Assembly (NCBI RefSeq): GCF_001194135.2
Contig: NC_068988.1
Location: 13,390,581 to 13,454,580, forward strand
Direction: 5' to 3'
DNA: 64,000 nt
Origin: Octopus bimaculoides
Lineage: Eukaryota
The notes beneath the pieces were generated by a model, which was not told the origin of the DNA, searched no databases, and saw nothing but the letters and a program-made list of their open reading frames with translations. The position numbers and the translations under genes are program-made. Of this stretch, positions 63,030 through 64,000 are shown piece by piece; positions within the stretch are counted from its first letter, which is position 1, and each line of letters starts with the position of its first letter.

Positions 63030-64000
63030 AGGTTTGGTGATTTGTTACAAAATGGACAATGAGGAATTTGGAAGAGCTGTAAGTCTGTGTGAAATTTGTT
63101 TCAAATAGGGAAAAAAAATTTATGAAGGACTTTTCTAATGTTGCAGTTAGCATATGAAGGGGACAATTGAACTGTGTACAATGTCACAAGTGATAACAGA
63201 ATTTCTAATTGGGAAGAACATCTACTGAAAACAATCCCAAATTCGGACAACTTGTGAAGAAAACAGGTGGTGATCAAATTGTGAAGGTGTTTACTATGAT
63301 CTGTAAAAATTATCATCTGACTATCCATGATATTTCTGAAAAAAGTACATGTTTGTATAATTTTATGCTACAAGATTTTAGAAGAAAATTTAGAGATGCA
63401 TCATATAACTATAAAAGTCTGCTGAGAGGTGAACAAAAAGAGAATTCAGCCAGTCAGAAGTTGATTGATCATTAGAATGCTGATGAAAACATTCTGAATG
63501 TGATATAACTGGTGATGAATCAAGGGGTGATGACTACAGTGTTGAACAGAAAGTTGGTTGATGAAGTGAGGAGTTGGATAATAAGACAAATAAAATATAA
63601 AAAAGAGGGCACTGAGTTGCTCAAATGAGAAAGTGATGTTGATCATCATTTTTGATCAGAGGGGTGTAATTCACATGAGTTTGTTCCATAAGGTCAAATG
63701 AACAGTAATGAGTTTTATTAGGCTGTCCTGAGACATTTGAAAGAAGCAGTGTAAAAGAGAGGCCTAAAGCATGGGCAGACAAACCTTGAATGCTGCAGCA
63801 CTACAATACAACTCATGCACCACTCCTTGTTTGTGACATTTTGGTAAAGTACAAGACAACTCTCAGTTCACTCCCAGTTGCCCTACACTCTGGATTTGGT
63901 CTCTGTGAACCTTTTTGTTTCATGAGTTTGAATTTTTTCCCCAAATGGTTACTAATTTCAAACAATAGAAGAGATCAAAGAAAATTTACTATTAGAACTG
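63030..64000 (+). pseudogene. Decayed mariner (DDD) transposase, runs off the right edge
   Basis: Frameshifted motifs occur in the correct order: ITGDES (63505-63522), KVMLIIIFDQRGVIH (from 63630), PYTLDL (YSPDL-like, 63881), FQTIEEIKEN. Confidence 0.8.

Overview
AT-rich animal genomic DNA with 11 N-gaps. It is most likely octopus; this is an inference from the repeat complement (tRNA/CORE-type and Meta-type SINEs, RTE 3' ends with (GAT)n tails, TTAA-flanked MITEs). I reconstructed three spliced housekeeping genes by hand. (1) The first coding exon of an SREK1/SRSF11(SRp54)-family splicing factor lies on the minus strand at 206-351 and runs off the left edge. (2) A complete SGT (SGTA/SGTB) TPR co-chaperone lies on the plus strand: 11 coding exons, 10606-33548, 319 aa. 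(3) The last 7 coding exons of TRAPPC13 lie on the minus strand at 34632-60660; the 5' exons are beyond the right edge. The layout SREK1(-) / SGT(+) / TRAPPC13(-) matches my recollection of the human 5q12.3 cluster (TRAPPC13-SGTB tail-to-tail, SREK1 nearby), so it is a candidate ancient microsynteny. The convergent pair shares a palindromic bidirectional poly(A) signal. Introns contain SINEs, LINE fragments, several DNA transposons with intact TIRs and TSDs, a decayed mariner transposase, and several long inverted repeats that should fold into dsRNA. No rRNA, tRNA gene, CRISPR array or prokaryotic system is supported, and I found no clearly novel protein-coding system.
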